Positions 51,893 to 61,278 of a stretch of DNA of 64,000 bases are shown in pieces. This stretch comes from Chloroflexota bacterium (GTDB taxonomy: Bacteria > Chloroflexota > Dehalococcoidia > UBA2979). Under the pieces are notes generated by a model, which was not told the origin of the DNA, made no database searches, and worked only from the letters and a program-made list of their open reading frames with translations. The stretch covers positions 3,039 to 67,038 of the forward strand of contig VXOS01000142.1 in NCBI GenBank assembly GCA_009839925.1, read 5' to 3'. The stretch's first letter is position 1. Each line of letters starts with the position of its first letter. A program made the translations under genes and the position numbers.

Positions 51893-52150
51893 CTAAGGTG
51901 GGTCGTTCCAGTGCGAGGCACGCCAGAGCACGAGTGCATCCACGACGCGCGCGCTGTGCTCCTCGGAGCCCCGATCCACGGCGGCGGCGTGGCGTCCGTC
52001 CCACCAATCATCTCCGACATCGAGCACGATACTCGTGACGGACACCCGCTCGGACTCGACGTCGTCGAAGCCGCTTTCGTACCCGTTCACAACCACGCGC
52101 AGGTCAGGCGGGTAGGTCGCCAGGAGCGTCATCAACTGTCGCACGTTCAT
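51893..52150 (-). CDS. Small hypothetical protein immediately upstream (12-nt gap) of the PLD-SNF2 gene
   Basis: 85-aa ORF with non-GC-artefact composition (MNVRQLMTLLATYPPDLRVVVNGYESGFDD...). Confidence 0.35.
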   Translation of the reverse strand: MNVRQLMTLLATYPPDLRVVVNGYESGFDDVESERVSVTSIVLDVGDDWWDGRHAAAVDRGSEEHSARVVDALVLWRASHWNDPP

Positions 52151-52563
52151 GGCGTCGCCACCTTCCTGCTCGGGGGCGGAACCGTGGGCCTGCCCGACCC
52201 GGGCCCGACCTCAATGGTACGTCGGGATGTCGCTGTATGCCCTGCGGGGTCGCAGCAGTGGTTCTGTTGTGAGCCGCGTAGCGCTCCCTGGCGGCCCGGA
52301 CTCGCTGGTGCTCCATCGATTGAGTCGAGCGACCCGTCTCGGCGAAGACATGCCAGCGGCATTCTGATTAGTTGAGCCGCTCGCCGAATGATCAGGCCTC
52401 GGGAGGGGCTGTAGCGTGGTGGGCGAACGGGCCGGCGCTGCGGCGGCTTGGCGGCCTCCCGCCGGTCAGCCGTGTCTCACACCTCTACAGTCTCGGCAAC
52501 GATGCGCAGCCCCCTAGGCCAATCTAGGAGACAGAATTGCCGACGGCGCAGGAGTCGGCGCTC

Positions 52564-54750
52564 TCACGTGGGCGTACCGGGTCGGCGCTGTCGTTCTCTG
52601 GCGCTGCCGTCGATCCAGTCGTCGAGGGCCATCCGCTGTAGATCGCTGGGGACGAGATCTCCACCCTGAATCGCAGCGTTGAGTCGCCGACCTAGTGTCT
52701 TACCCGATTTGGTTCGGACACTCTCACTCACGGTGCGAGCCAACACGGACGTGTCGCTGACCGCCTCGAGAAAACCCGCTACGGGCCAATCCCGCTGCCC
52801 GAATGCCTCGACGAGTGCTCTTCTCAGGACTTGCCCTCTTCCGACCCCACCGCGACGGATGAGTCTCCGCAATGACCGCGGCGACCTTGGGAAGGCGCGT
52901 TTCAGCTTGTTCCAGTCATCATTACTGAGTCGACCTGCCTCGGCGGCGTCGTGGACGGTCTGGAAGACTTGGGCTACGAGGTGGCTCGCGGACGGGCGCT
53001 CATCGCCGAACCCAACGCCGAGTGCAAATGCACGAACCGAGGTCCCTGCAGCGGTGGAAGGGTCAGTTTGGTTGACGATCTCGCTCCAACGCTTGTTCTC
53101 AAGAGCACGGAGCCGCCGATCCCCCGGAGGGAACTGCTCGAGGACGAGCTTGGCGAGCGCTGTAGATGGCATCTCGCTCCTGCCAAGCCACAAAATGCCT
53201 CGCTTAGGATGTGTGCGCAGGGTTGCTGCCCATTCGGGACGCGCCGGCAGAACCTCCTCCTGATCCACGCGTTCCCCCAGCACGTCGAAGGCAGCTTCGA
53301 TCGCACGGCTCCCCAGTTCGCCAGCGAGGTCACTTAAGGCAACGGACGGCCCCGCAGCGATCACGGCACGCACTATCGCGACGATCTGAGAGTCATCCAA
53401 GTCAGCTCCACGGAGCCAGGCAAGAGCACGGGGCTTAGCGTTGTCCGATCTCCAGAGTGTCGGGTCCGCGACAATCGAAGGCCTGAGATCGAGTGCGCTC
53501 GACGTGACCACATCTGGCCACGACCCAAGGAGCTCAACAAACGTCTCGGTTTCGAGATCTTCGGCCGCGAGCCGCACGAGCGCATTGCGCGCATCCGCTG
53601 TCGCGAACGTTGGGAACTCTCGCAGGAACACCCGCAACTCTGGTTCATCGACTGACATCGCTTGCAGGAACGCGCTGCTCAGGGAGCGCCACCATCCGGG
53701 GAAGGCAGATCCGGCCGCCGAGCGCGACAGGACGGAGAGCCGATCCAGACTTGTGAGCGGTTCAGTGAGGCTCGATCCGGATTCGTCGAGTGCCCAAGAC
53801 TTCAATGCCTCGGCGGCCGCCCGTCGCGGATACCACGCACCGACCCTCTCCAGCAGCGACTGCCAATCAGTGCGATCCGACAGGCCCCGAGCGATCGAGT
53901 GAAGTTCTGCTACACGCCCGAACGACAACCGGTCGGGGGCAAGTCGCGGTCCGAATTGCCACGCGAAGTTCCTCAGCTCGCGCAAGGCGGCGGCATCTGG
54001 TCGAAGACCGGTGGCCCATGTAGCTGAGTGTGAGTGAGCGCGGTGCCCAGCACCCAGGAGGATCACCTCCTGAGCGGCGAGCCGCTCGATCGTCGTTGAG
54101 CGATCTTGAGGGATGACCTGTAGATCGAAGGGGCGGCCAGCGACTTGGCGGAAGGATAGAGCTCCAGTGCAGAACGAGAAGTGCTCGCGGAGCTCAGGCC
54201 ACTGAATGGACCAGACATCAAGCAGGACTTCCTCGTAGTCAGCGGCGGATGCCGCCGGCAGGAGAATCGCGTGATTCGCACTGTCGCTCTGGTACAGAGC
54301 TCCGATGATATCGGCTAGACGGATGTTGTTGTCAGTCGACTGCGAGCGTGTAGGCGGATGTGGAGGCTCAGCGATATCGTGTTCATCGATCTCAAGCGGG
54401 CTCCCGTACTCAATCGCCTGATCGACGGATCGCGGCCTCCGGAACCAATCCGCCAGACTCGCTACATTCGGCAGCGCGATCTGCTCAGGCGTGAGAAGCA
54501 ACGTATGGGTCCACACCGAACCCGGCCTTGCGCCACCGTCCGCCAACCACGTCCGCGCAAACGCGTAGAGGCGTTCGCCCGGCACCGGGTATCCCGATAT
54601 GTAGCTCTCGAACCCGCGAGTCCTAGAGGCCGACCCGGAGAGATCAGACAGCTCGAGGAGGGCTCGCTCCCCCTCCCTGGATAGCCGACGAGAACTCGCC
54701 AATAGGTCGTGCCCGCTGCGGTACCCATGGAGGGCTTGAGCGACTCGCAT
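52564..54750 (-). CDS. Large (729 aa) hypothetical protein, last gene of the tandem-GTPase operon
   Basis: Start MRVAQALHGYRSGHDLL chosen 22 nt after the GTPase stop (alternatives 54789 or 54822). Mostly alpha-helical, Leu/Ala/Arg-rich. No known motif. Confidence 0.5.
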   Translation of the reverse strand: MRVAQALHGYRSGHDLLASSRRLSREGERALLELSDLSGSASRTRGFESYISGYPVPGERLYAFARTWLADGGARPGSVWTHTLLLTPEQIALPNVASLADWFRRPRSVDQAIEYGSPLEIDEHDIAEPPHPPTRSQSTDNNIRLADIIGALYQSDSANHAILLPAASAADYEEVLLDVWSIQWPELREHFSFCTGALSFRQVAGRPFDLQVIPQDRSTTIERLAAQEVILLGAGHRAHSHSATWATGLRPDAAALRELRNFAWQFGPRLAPDRLSFGRVAELHSIARGLSDRTDWQSLLERVGAWYPRRAAAEALKSWALDESGSSLTEPLTSLDRLSVLSRSAAGSAFPGWWRSLSSAFLQAMSVDEPELRVFLREFPTFATADARNALVRLAAEDLETETFVELLGSWPDVVTSSALDLRPSIVADPTLWRSDNAKPRALAWLRGADLDDSQIVAIVRAVIAAGPSVALSDLAGELGSRAIEAAFDVLGERVDQEEVLPARPEWAATLRTHPKRGILWLGRSEMPSTALAKLVLEQFPPGDRRLRALENKRWSEIVNQTDPSTAAGTSVRAFALGVGFGDERPSASHLVAQVFQTVHDAAEAGRLSNDDWNKLKRAFPRSPRSLRRLIRRGGVGRGQVLRRALVEAFGQRDWPVAGFLEAVSDTSVLARTVSESVRTKSGKTLGRRLNAAIQGGDLVPSDLQRMALDDWIDGSARERQRRPGTPT

Positions 54751-54772
54751 CGCCTCGCCACCGCGACTGGTA

Positions 54773-55633
54773 TCACCCCGTATCGACATCGACGACCCAC
54801 CGGAGGGGCTCGGTAATGTCATGCGATTCTGCGTTCGCGTCGCGCGCGACGCGTATCCGCTCAGAAGCGCTGAGGAGGGACTTGAGGCGATCGCTGTCCT
54901 GAGGGAGCTCACCGCCCTGCGCGGAGACTCCGTAAACGCGAACATCAAAGCGCGAGTGGTCGTGGCTTCTCAGGAACTGATCAACCAGTGGGAGCTCCTT
55001 GGCCAACCACTCTGACGGGGTGCCTTGTTCTTCCACCAGATCCCACGCAGACACGATCACGGCGAGCCTGAAGTGTCCCGCCGCAATCTCCGTGCAAAGA
55101 AGCTGGAGTAGGTCGACGAGCTGCACGTCCGTCGGTACTTGCTCAGCGCTCCATTCACTCTCGGTTGGCGCGTCCGCCGCGCCAGATTCCTGAGATGGCA
55201 GTGCTTCCTCGCCCGCGATCTCCATTGCGTCGAGAATCGGCCATGGCTCGCTTGTCTCCTTCGGGTGAACGAAGAGCAACACGCCCGTGGAATCGTGCAC
55301 GTAGTCCCGGAAGCTAGTTGGCCATTGGCGATCCGCAAGGCTCCGCTTGATTGATTCGCCGGCGAGGTCGGGTACGACGATCTCAGTGATGGAGTCCGCG
55401 TCGCTGGGCTTGATTCTGATCGTGGCAATCTGCTCGGCGTCGATACTCGTTCGGTTGGCCACCTCGAACCGTAGCCAGCGACCCGTCAGGTCGTTCAGGT
55501 GGTCCACGGGCGCCTCCAGAACTTCTAGCTCGAGGGCGCCATCAACATCCCGGCTAACGATGACTTGCCACAAGGCTGCGAGGAACGTCGTCTTGCCGGA
55601 TGACGGCAGACCGACGAGCAACGCTTGGTGCAT
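54773..55633 (-). CDS. TRAFAC-class P-loop GTPase (GTPase 2 of tandem pair)
   Basis: 286 aa. G1 GLPSSGKTT, G3 VPDLAGES, degenerate G4 VSAWD. Start shares 1 nt with the upstream stop (TGATG). Confidence 0.7.
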   Translation of the reverse strand: MHQALLVGLPSSGKTTFLAALWQVIVSRDVDGALELEVLEAPVDHLNDLTGRWLRFEVANRTSIDAEQIATIRIKPSDADSITEIVVPDLAGESIKRSLADRQWPTSFRDYVHDSTGVLLFVHPKETSEPWPILDAMEIAGEEALPSQESGAADAPTESEWSAEQVPTDVQLVDLLQLLCTEIAAGHFRLAVIVSAWDLVEEQGTPSEWLAKELPLVDQFLRSHDHSRFDVRVYGVSAQGGELPQDSDRLKSLLSASERIRVARDANAESHDITEPLRWVVDVDTG

Positions 55634-56529
55634 CAGTCGACCCTCTGCGGCGGGCGAGACCGAAAGCGATCGAATTCGCGCACCTCTTGGACCCCGGGGG
55701 GCAGAGAGGCCTCAAGCGGTCGGCGAGCGGAACGAAGCCAGATTCGGAGGACTTCATCCAGGTTCTTCCCGCGGCACAGCTCGGAGCCAGATTCCGGACG
55801 AGCCGCTGTCCAAATGAACTGAAGCTCACCCGTGCGGGCCTCGTGCTTGCGGCGGATCTCCTCTTCGAACCTCTTGACGAAGTCCTCGAGTTGATCAGCG
55901 CCGTCTCCCCTCAACGCTGCGTCCCACTTCGTGTAGATGACCGACTTCACAGCTCTATCGACGCCCGCGTCGAGAATGCTCTGGATCAACATTTCGGTTT
56001 CGTGTTGAGCCTCTTGCCGCAGTGCTTGTGTTCCGAAGCGCTCGCCATCCACAAGGAAGGCGATGTGGTCAGCCCGGTAGAGAAACGGGTGTGCTCTGGC
56101 TGTCTGTACGTCGTCCCGCATCGCTCGGAACTCCTCGCCTGGCCAATCGGCGATCAAGATGTCTCGCGCTGGCGCCACGCCGTCGTGGGCGGCGAGTCGG
56201 AGATGCAAGAACACGTCGCGGTCAGCGAGAGGCGTCCTAGGCGTCTCTGGGGTCGCCCGGCCGGAAGCTATCCGCGCATGATGCGAGCGCTGCTCGAACC
56301 CGTGAAGCGTTCGGGACCACGCGTATTGATGGCCAGCAAACGGGCCCTGAAGGAATTTGCCGTATATCTCGGTAAGCAACGTCGTCTTCCCGACGCCAGC
56401 GAGGCCCACGGGGATAATGACTCGCGTTACTGAGGAACGGGTGGTCTGGTTCGCCTCCTCGATTGTCAGTGCGTCCGCAGACGGTAGCGCGACGAAGCCC
56501 GCCGCAGTGTCGTTCGGAGTCATGGCCAC
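55633..56529 (-). CDS. TRAFAC-class P-loop GTPase (GTPase 1 of tandem pair)
   Basis: 298 aa. G1 GLAGVGKTT, G3 IADWPGEE, G4 YTKWD. Confidence 0.7.
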   Translation of the reverse strand: MAMTPNDTAAGFVALPSADALTIEEANQTTRSSVTRVIIPVGLAGVGKTTLLTEIYGKFLQGPFAGHQYAWSRTLHGFEQRSHHARIASGRATPETPRTPLADRDVFLHLRLAAHDGVAPARDILIADWPGEEFRAMRDDVQTARAHPFLYRADHIAFLVDGERFGTQALRQEAQHETEMLIQSILDAGVDRAVKSVIYTKWDAALRGDGADQLEDFVKRFEEEIRRKHEARTGELQFIWTAARPESGSELCRGKNLDEVLRIWLRSARRPLEASLPPGVQEVREFDRFRSRPPQRVD

Positions 56530-56541
56530 GTCCTGCCCCAG

Positions 56542-57654
56542 CTAGGAGTTGCCAAGGCACCGGGTGAGCAACAGTTCCCGTAGGAGCTGCAGCCCGACTT
56601 CCTCCGGAGCGTCAGCGAAGTCCGCCCCGAGCCCCGTCCGGTCCCGAAGTGCCTGATTCCAATCTCCAGCAGCAGGTGTCTCGCCCATGATCCGCAAGCC
56701 AGCAAGCAGCGGCAAGACGTGGCCTGGGGCCTCTTCAGGTAAGGCGGCCGTCGCCGAGTCTCGCCAGTCCGGGGTGGTTGCCTCCATGGCTTCCGCGACG
56801 GTGAGTTGTATTGGCGCCTCCCCTTCGGCAGACGCCAACGCGTGTCGCAGATATTCGATCGAAGCCGTCGGCGGCACGTCGTGTGTGACAAGGCTTGCCA
56901 GCTCATAGGCTGAAGGGAGGACCAGTCCCTGGGGTGACGCTTGTCCGCGTGGCCTGCTCAACTCTCGTGAGTAGTCGTTGATGACCCACCAGAGAATATC
57001 GTTCTCTTCCGAGAGCGCAGCTAGGCTCTGGACTAGTTGATTGCGAGCAGTGACGTCGGACGCCGCAACGTTCTCGAGGCGCTTCGCGAGGTTCGAAACA
57101 GCGCCGTTCAGGGCTGTCACCGCTGCTGCGTAGTCATTCTGACCGAGCGCCTCCTCGACCTGGTTGGACAGCTTGGTTCCCACACCCATCTGAGCAGGAG
57201 TAAGGGCGGACGTATGCAGTGGTTCCTCGTGGGGCCGGATGCTCACCGCTCGACGGCTGAGATAGTCGTGCGCGAGGGAATCCAGATCGGGTGTCGCTTC
57301 CGGTGCGCGGTCGCCGAATGTGCCGGTAGCCACGCAGAGCGCTGCCGTATCGGTAGCCAGTCCTTCCTCTTCGAACAACGCGACGATCGTCGAGGCCGCG
57401 AGAACCTGCATTTCCGCGTCGTTGTCGATCGTCGAGAACGCTACATCGCCGCTTTGGAGCACCCCAGATATCTCCCGAAGCCACTCCTTCGGAGCCGATG
57501 CAGCCGCAACGGCGCACGCCGAGAGACGGAGCGCCCTCTGTGGCTCCGTGGTCCAGCGAGCCAATGCCTCGACCGCCCCCCATCGGCTCTCGGCGACCTC
57601 GCTCGTCAGACCTACGTTCACACCTCCGAGCCAGTAGGAAAAATGTTGATGCAT
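56542..57654 (-). CDS. Hypothetical 370-aa protein (GTPase-operon component)
   Basis: All-alpha composition. Start ATG shares 1 nt with the upstream stop. Confidence 0.5.
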   Translation of the reverse strand: MHQHFSYWLGGVNVGLTSEVAESRWGAVEALARWTTEPQRALRLSACAVAAASAPKEWLREISGVLQSGDVAFSTIDNDAEMQVLAASTIVALFEEEGLATDTAALCVATGTFGDRAPEATPDLDSLAHDYLSRRAVSIRPHEEPLHTSALTPAQMGVGTKLSNQVEEALGQNDYAAAVTALNGAVSNLAKRLENVAASDVTARNQLVQSLAALSEENDILWWVINDYSRELSRPRGQASPQGLVLPSAYELASLVTHDVPPTASIEYLRHALASAEGEAPIQLTVAEAMEATTPDWRDSATAALPEEAPGHVLPLLAGLRIMGETPAAGDWNQALRDRTGLGADFADAPEEVGLQLLRELLLTRCLGNS

Positions 57655-58262
57655 CAGGTTGCTGCTCCAAGTCCATCCGGCGGTCGGTCGGGGATACCCT
57701 TGCTCTCTTGAGCCGTCTCGCTCCAGAGCTCCGCGAGCCGATTAGCTGCGCGGGCTCGCTCGAAGACCGCACGCGCAAAGCCCTTGCGAGAAAGAGCGTC
57801 GTCTCCCTCATGGAAGAGGTCAAGACGGACTGCGATGGCGCGACGTGTCGTGCTCGGCAGTGCCAGGAAAGCGTAGGCAAGCCTCGTCCGGGGCGGGGCG
57901 GCCTCAAGCTGCTCCTGCAAACTCTGGATCGCATCCTCTAGCGCTGCGCACACGCGCTCTGCCGATTCTGCAACGACGGCAGCAACACTAGGCGAGACGC
58001 TTCGGCCGTGGGCTACGGGGTCCGTCGCTCCGAGCACGTCGCGAATCGCGCGCACAGTCTTCGTGTCAAAGCCACTCTGAGACTTCAGCACGTTGAGGGC
58101 GGACTCGGATGATCCGAGGCGATGCCTATCGGGAGCGAGGTAGCTCGCCAACCACTCGAGGCGTGCCTCAATCGCCCTCCGAGCGAGGACCAGAGCCACC
58201 TCCGGCTGGTCGTCCAGTTCCAGATCTCGGAGTTGGAATGAGGGGAGCTGCGGTCTAACCAT
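57654..58262 (-). CDS. Hypothetical ~202-aa protein (GTPase-operon component)
   Basis: Start MVRPQLPS overlaps the upstream membrane-protein stop by 8 nt. A longer alternative start lies at 58346. Confidence 0.45.
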   Translation of the reverse strand: MVRPQLPSFQLRDLELDDQPEVALVLARRAIEARLEWLASYLAPDRHRLGSSESALNVLKSQSGFDTKTVRAIRDVLGATDPVAHGRSVSPSVAAVVAESAERVCAALEDAIQSLQEQLEAAPPRTRLAYAFLALPSTTRRAIAVRLDLFHEGDDALSRKGFARAVFERARAANRLAELWSETAQESKGIPDRPPDGLGAAT

Positions 58263-58629
58263 CCCCGTCCTCGTCTTCCCACTCCGAGCCCAACGGAGGA
58301 AGCTCGAGGGTCGGCACCGCCTGCGTGATGCCCTGCTCCGCAGCACGACCCGACTCGCGCGTCCCTTCAGTGTTGAATTCGACTACGCCCCCGCCAGGGA
58401 GCAGCAGCCTTTGGGCGAATGGAAGGAGCGGTGCGACAAGCAGTCCCGCGAGCAGCATGAGGGTTTCGGTCGTCGGCTCGACTTCCTTACCGAAGTCGAG
58501 CGAGCGTATGACCACCGACGCGGCGAACAGAGTTACGGCCAACGCCCACACGAAGTAGATCCACCCGAGGAGCTTCCTGAGCCATCTAGGGAATTCGGCT
58601 AGTCTTAGCACGTTTTCCGGCTCTCCCAC
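58255..58629 (-). CDS. Small membrane protein (2 TM), first gene of the GTPase operon
   Basis: 124 aa. LLGWIYFVWALAVTLFAASVVI and LMLLAGLLVAPLLPF hydrophobic helices. Confidence 0.45.
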   Translation of the reverse strand: MGEPENVLRLAEFPRWLRKLLGWIYFVWALAVTLFAASVVIRSLDFGKEVEPTTETLMLLAGLLVAPLLPFAQRLLLPGGGVVEFNTEGTRESGRAAEQGITQAVPTLELPPLGSEWEDEDGDG

Positions 58630-58808
58630 TCGTTCCCGAGTCTACGTGGCACCTGAATGCCCTGGCTAGGCGTACTCACCACGGAGGAGTGATCCAGAGC
58701 TGGCGGAAGCGAGGTCGCCGAGCGAGCAGTGGGGACGACGCTATGGTACCACCCGAGCCATCCGGCGGGGGAGTGCATACGTGCGCGCTTCGTCGCGTAG
58801 ACGAACTC

Positions 58809-59249
58809 CTAGGCCCAACCCCGCCGCAGGATCTGGATGAAGCGCTCCGCCTTGAACGCCGGCTGCTCGGAGGTGCGATCCCAGAAGCAACTGATCTTCC
58901 CCAGGGGCCACCGCACCGCCCGGAGCCAGCGAGCGGCCCGCGACGAGCTCGCAGGTACTCGGCTTGCCGGGTCAGGACAGGTCCTTCCGCGCAGGTCGGG
59001 CCAGAGTTCGGGCGGGAGGATCCTGGCGATGGCGGCCCTGATTCGCTCGTCGAGGTCGCGCCGCTCCTCGTGCGCCCAGGCTTGGGGGCCGCCGTCTGCG
59101 GCGACGACGCCGAGGCCGAGATCGACGAGCAACCGAAGCGTCTTGGCGTAGTCGCTCTCGCGGAGCCGCGCGAACTCGGCTATTGCGGCGTGCTGAGCCT
59201 CCGAGATACGCAGGCCGACGTGGTGCGGGTACCGGGACTGCCGTGTCAT
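58809..59249 (-). CDS. Putative ribbon-helix-helix-like DNA-binding protein upstream of the GTPase operon
   Basis: The N-terminal 45 aa ([36 protein letters not shown]) resemble CopG/RHH. The remainder is low-complexity, so the true C-terminus may be shorter. Confidence 0.35.
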   Translation of the reverse strand: MTRQSRYPHHVGLRISEAQHAAIAEFARLRESDYAKTLRLLVDLGLGVVAADGGPQAWAHEERRDLDERIRAAIARILPPELWPDLRGRTCPDPASRVPASSSRAARWLRAVRWPLGKISCFWDRTSEQPAFKAERFIQILRRGWA

Positions 59250-59261
59250 TTCGTCAGGCTA

Positions 59262-59471
59262 TCACTGGTTATCGGCAGCGTGCGCTACAAGCTCCGGGCA
59301 CGGCCCTAGCGGATCTCCGCTGGGTGGAGTCGTAGTGGCGGGCCCGGCGTGGTCGGCCAGCAGCTGTTCTCTCTCGGCGCCGAGCGATCGGAGCGTTGCC
59401 AGCTGGCGAGAAGGCCCGTCGAGGGGCTGCCCAGCGGCCCAGGAACTCCCGCGCGCGCGGATCGCCGACAC
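59262..59471 (-). pseudogene. Fragmentary duplicate of the 253-aa gene at 60426-61187
   Basis: Encodes ...[20 protein letters not shown]..., paralogous to ...[21 protein letters not shown]... in the downstream gene. About 95 bp of near-identical DNA (59361-59455 vs 60961-61055). Confidence 0.4.
59361..59455. repeat. ~95-bp direct repeat, copy 1; copy 2 at 60961-61055
   Basis: GCTCTCGGCGCCGAGCGATCGGAG(C/G)GTTGC...AGGAACTCCCGC is about 85% identical between the two loci, 1.6 kb apart. Confidence 0.55.
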
Positions 59472-59586
59472 CTACCACGCGTGGCGGGGCGCGGAGGGCG
59501 CGGGCGGATACCCCGACGAGCCGGGCTTCTGCAAGTCAGCGGAGCCGTAGGGGGCGCTGACCGCAGCTGCGGCCAGTCTCGGCGTG

Positions 59587-60429
59587 TCACGCGGATCCTT
59601 CGAGTCGCGGGGTTTCGAACGACACGCCGAGTTCACACCTGGCCAGGAGGACCTGCTCGCGGACGCTGTCCCACTGTTGGAAGGCCTGCTCGATTGTCAG
59701 ACGGCTCTTCGCTCCGGAGGGACTTTGACCGCTCGCCGGATTGATGTAGCCGGGGAGGGAAACGGTTGGCCTGGCGAAGCGCGCATCCGGGCGTGCAGCA
59801 TCACGGCAGGGGACGTACGAGTACATCCCCTTCATTGGCTTGTCGAAGGTGGCGCCCCGGTAGAGTGTGAACCGATACTCGCCGCTCCCGTCGGTAGTGA
59901 GAGACTCGATGGTGCAGACGCGAAACGCCTCGTCGGTCTCGGGAGGGTGGTGCGGGGCGTAACATTCGGCCTCCTCGACGACGAATACCGTGTCGAGAAC
60001 GAACTCTCCGCGAAGCTTCGAGCCGAAGAGGATCACTGATCCCGGCGTCAGCTCCTGCAGGGCGGACGGGTTCTTGTAGCTGGTCAGCTGCTTGCAGTTG
60101 CTGTATCGGAAGGCCTCGCCGAAGACCCATGGATCCGTGTTCAGGCGGTAGTTCGATGTCGGCGGGCGCTCCCAGACCGGAACCTGGAGTGCCCGTGGAA
60201 GCTGCCCCTCGCGCGGCCACCGCTCAACGACCCAGGAGGGTGCCTCCCACTCTCCCCAGAAGACGAGGGGCTTGCCCCTTGCCTGCTCCTGCGAGTCCAA
60301 GGAGCGCCCGGCGCTGAGGAGGAACTTCCGCCCGTGATCGCCCGTGTTCCACGGCATCCGGTCGCCATGGCGAAGGATGCGCTCGCCGCCCGGATGCGGG
60401 AACTGCACCACGAAGACCGAGGCGCTCAT
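59587..60429 (-). CDS. Hypothetical 280-aa protein, ATGA-coupled to the upstream 253-aa gene
   Basis: Start MSASVFVVQF. No recognisable motif. Confidence 0.5.
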   Translation of the reverse strand: MSASVFVVQFPHPGGERILRHGDRMPWNTGDHGRKFLLSAGRSLDSQEQARGKPLVFWGEWEAPSWVVERWPREGQLPRALQVPVWERPPTSNYRLNTDPWVFGEAFRYSNCKQLTSYKNPSALQELTPGSVILFGSKLRGEFVLDTVFVVEEAECYAPHHPPETDEAFRVCTIESLTTDGSGEYRFTLYRGATFDKPMKGMYSYVPCRDAARPDARFARPTVSLPGYINPASGQSPSGAKSRLTIEQAFQQWDSVREQVLLARCELGVSFETPRLEGSA

Positions 60430-61187
60430 GAGCTGCTGCTTCTCTGCTGTCGTGCCACGCTCGCGACCCACGCAGCGAGGCGGCTCTTGAACTCATTGGT
60501 CACACCGCGACTGCCCTGCAGGTTCGTCGACCAGCCCACGTACTGCACCCCTTCGCCGTCCCCCATGTAGAGCGAGCACGTCGTGTGGCCCATCGGCATC
60601 GTTCCGCAGTCGCTCAGCTCCACCAGCCCGACGGACTTGACGTGGTCCAGCACCTGGCGGCCGTTAAGCAAGACAAGGGTGGTCTTGCCGAAGGTGAACA
60701 GCGCCCGGAGGTGTGGCAGCCCCTCGGCCAGGAGCTGCTCCCTCGTGCGCTCGGCCAGCTCGCCCCAGATTGGGTCCGTCGCCCATTGAACAAGATCGAG
60801 GTGGCAGGCGCTCCCGGTGTAGTAGCTTGCGCCGACGCTGGCGCGGAGCACCATGTCGAGCGAGTTGAACCACCGGCCGTAGGGGTTCCTGTCTGCGTCG
60901 AAATAGCGCGCACAGTCCTCGACGACCTCCAGCACCTGCGCGTCGGTGAGTGATTCGAGACTCTCGGCGCCGAGCGATCGGAGGGTTGCGAGCCGGCGAG
61001 ACGACCCGTCGAGGAGCTTCCCGCGGCCTAGGAACTCCCGCAAGCTCGGATTGATGCCCAGCGTGGCCACGGTGGCGACGAACGGATCCCCGAACGCGAC
61101 CACAGGCGTCGATTCCGGTACGACCTCCGCGACCGGTGCCTCTCGGCGGACCATGTCGACGAGGTACCTCGGGATAGGTGGTGTCAT
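60426..61187 (-). CDS. Hypothetical 253-aa protein, possibly uracil-DNA-glycosylase-superfamily fold
   Basis: VVAFGDPFVATVATLGINPSLREF resembles the MUG/TDG GINPG motif. A weak second motif lies near WSTNLQGSRG. Low confidence on the fold. Confidence 0.5.
   Translation of the reverse strand: MTPPIPRYLVDMVRREAPVAEVVPESTPVVAFGDPFVATVATLGINPSLREFLGRGKLLDGSSRRLATLRSLGAESLESLTDAQVLEVVEDCARYFDADRNPYGRWFNSLDMVLRASVGASYYTGSACHLDLVQWATDPIWGELAERTREQLLAEGLPHLRALFTFGKTTLVLLNGRQVLDHVKSVGLVELSDCGTMPMGHTTCSLYMGDGEGVQYVGWSTNLQGSRGVTNEFKSRLAAWVASVARQQRSSSS
60961..61055. repeat. ~95-bp direct repeat, copy 2 (inside the 253-aa gene)
   Basis: See copy 1. Confidence 0.55.
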
Positions 61188-61278
61188 CGTCAGCGCCTTG
61201 CTAGGCGGTCACTACCCGCGATGCGGTGGTCCATCTCCGCTGGCAGCATGATGACGCTGAAGACGTCAAAGAGGTGGC

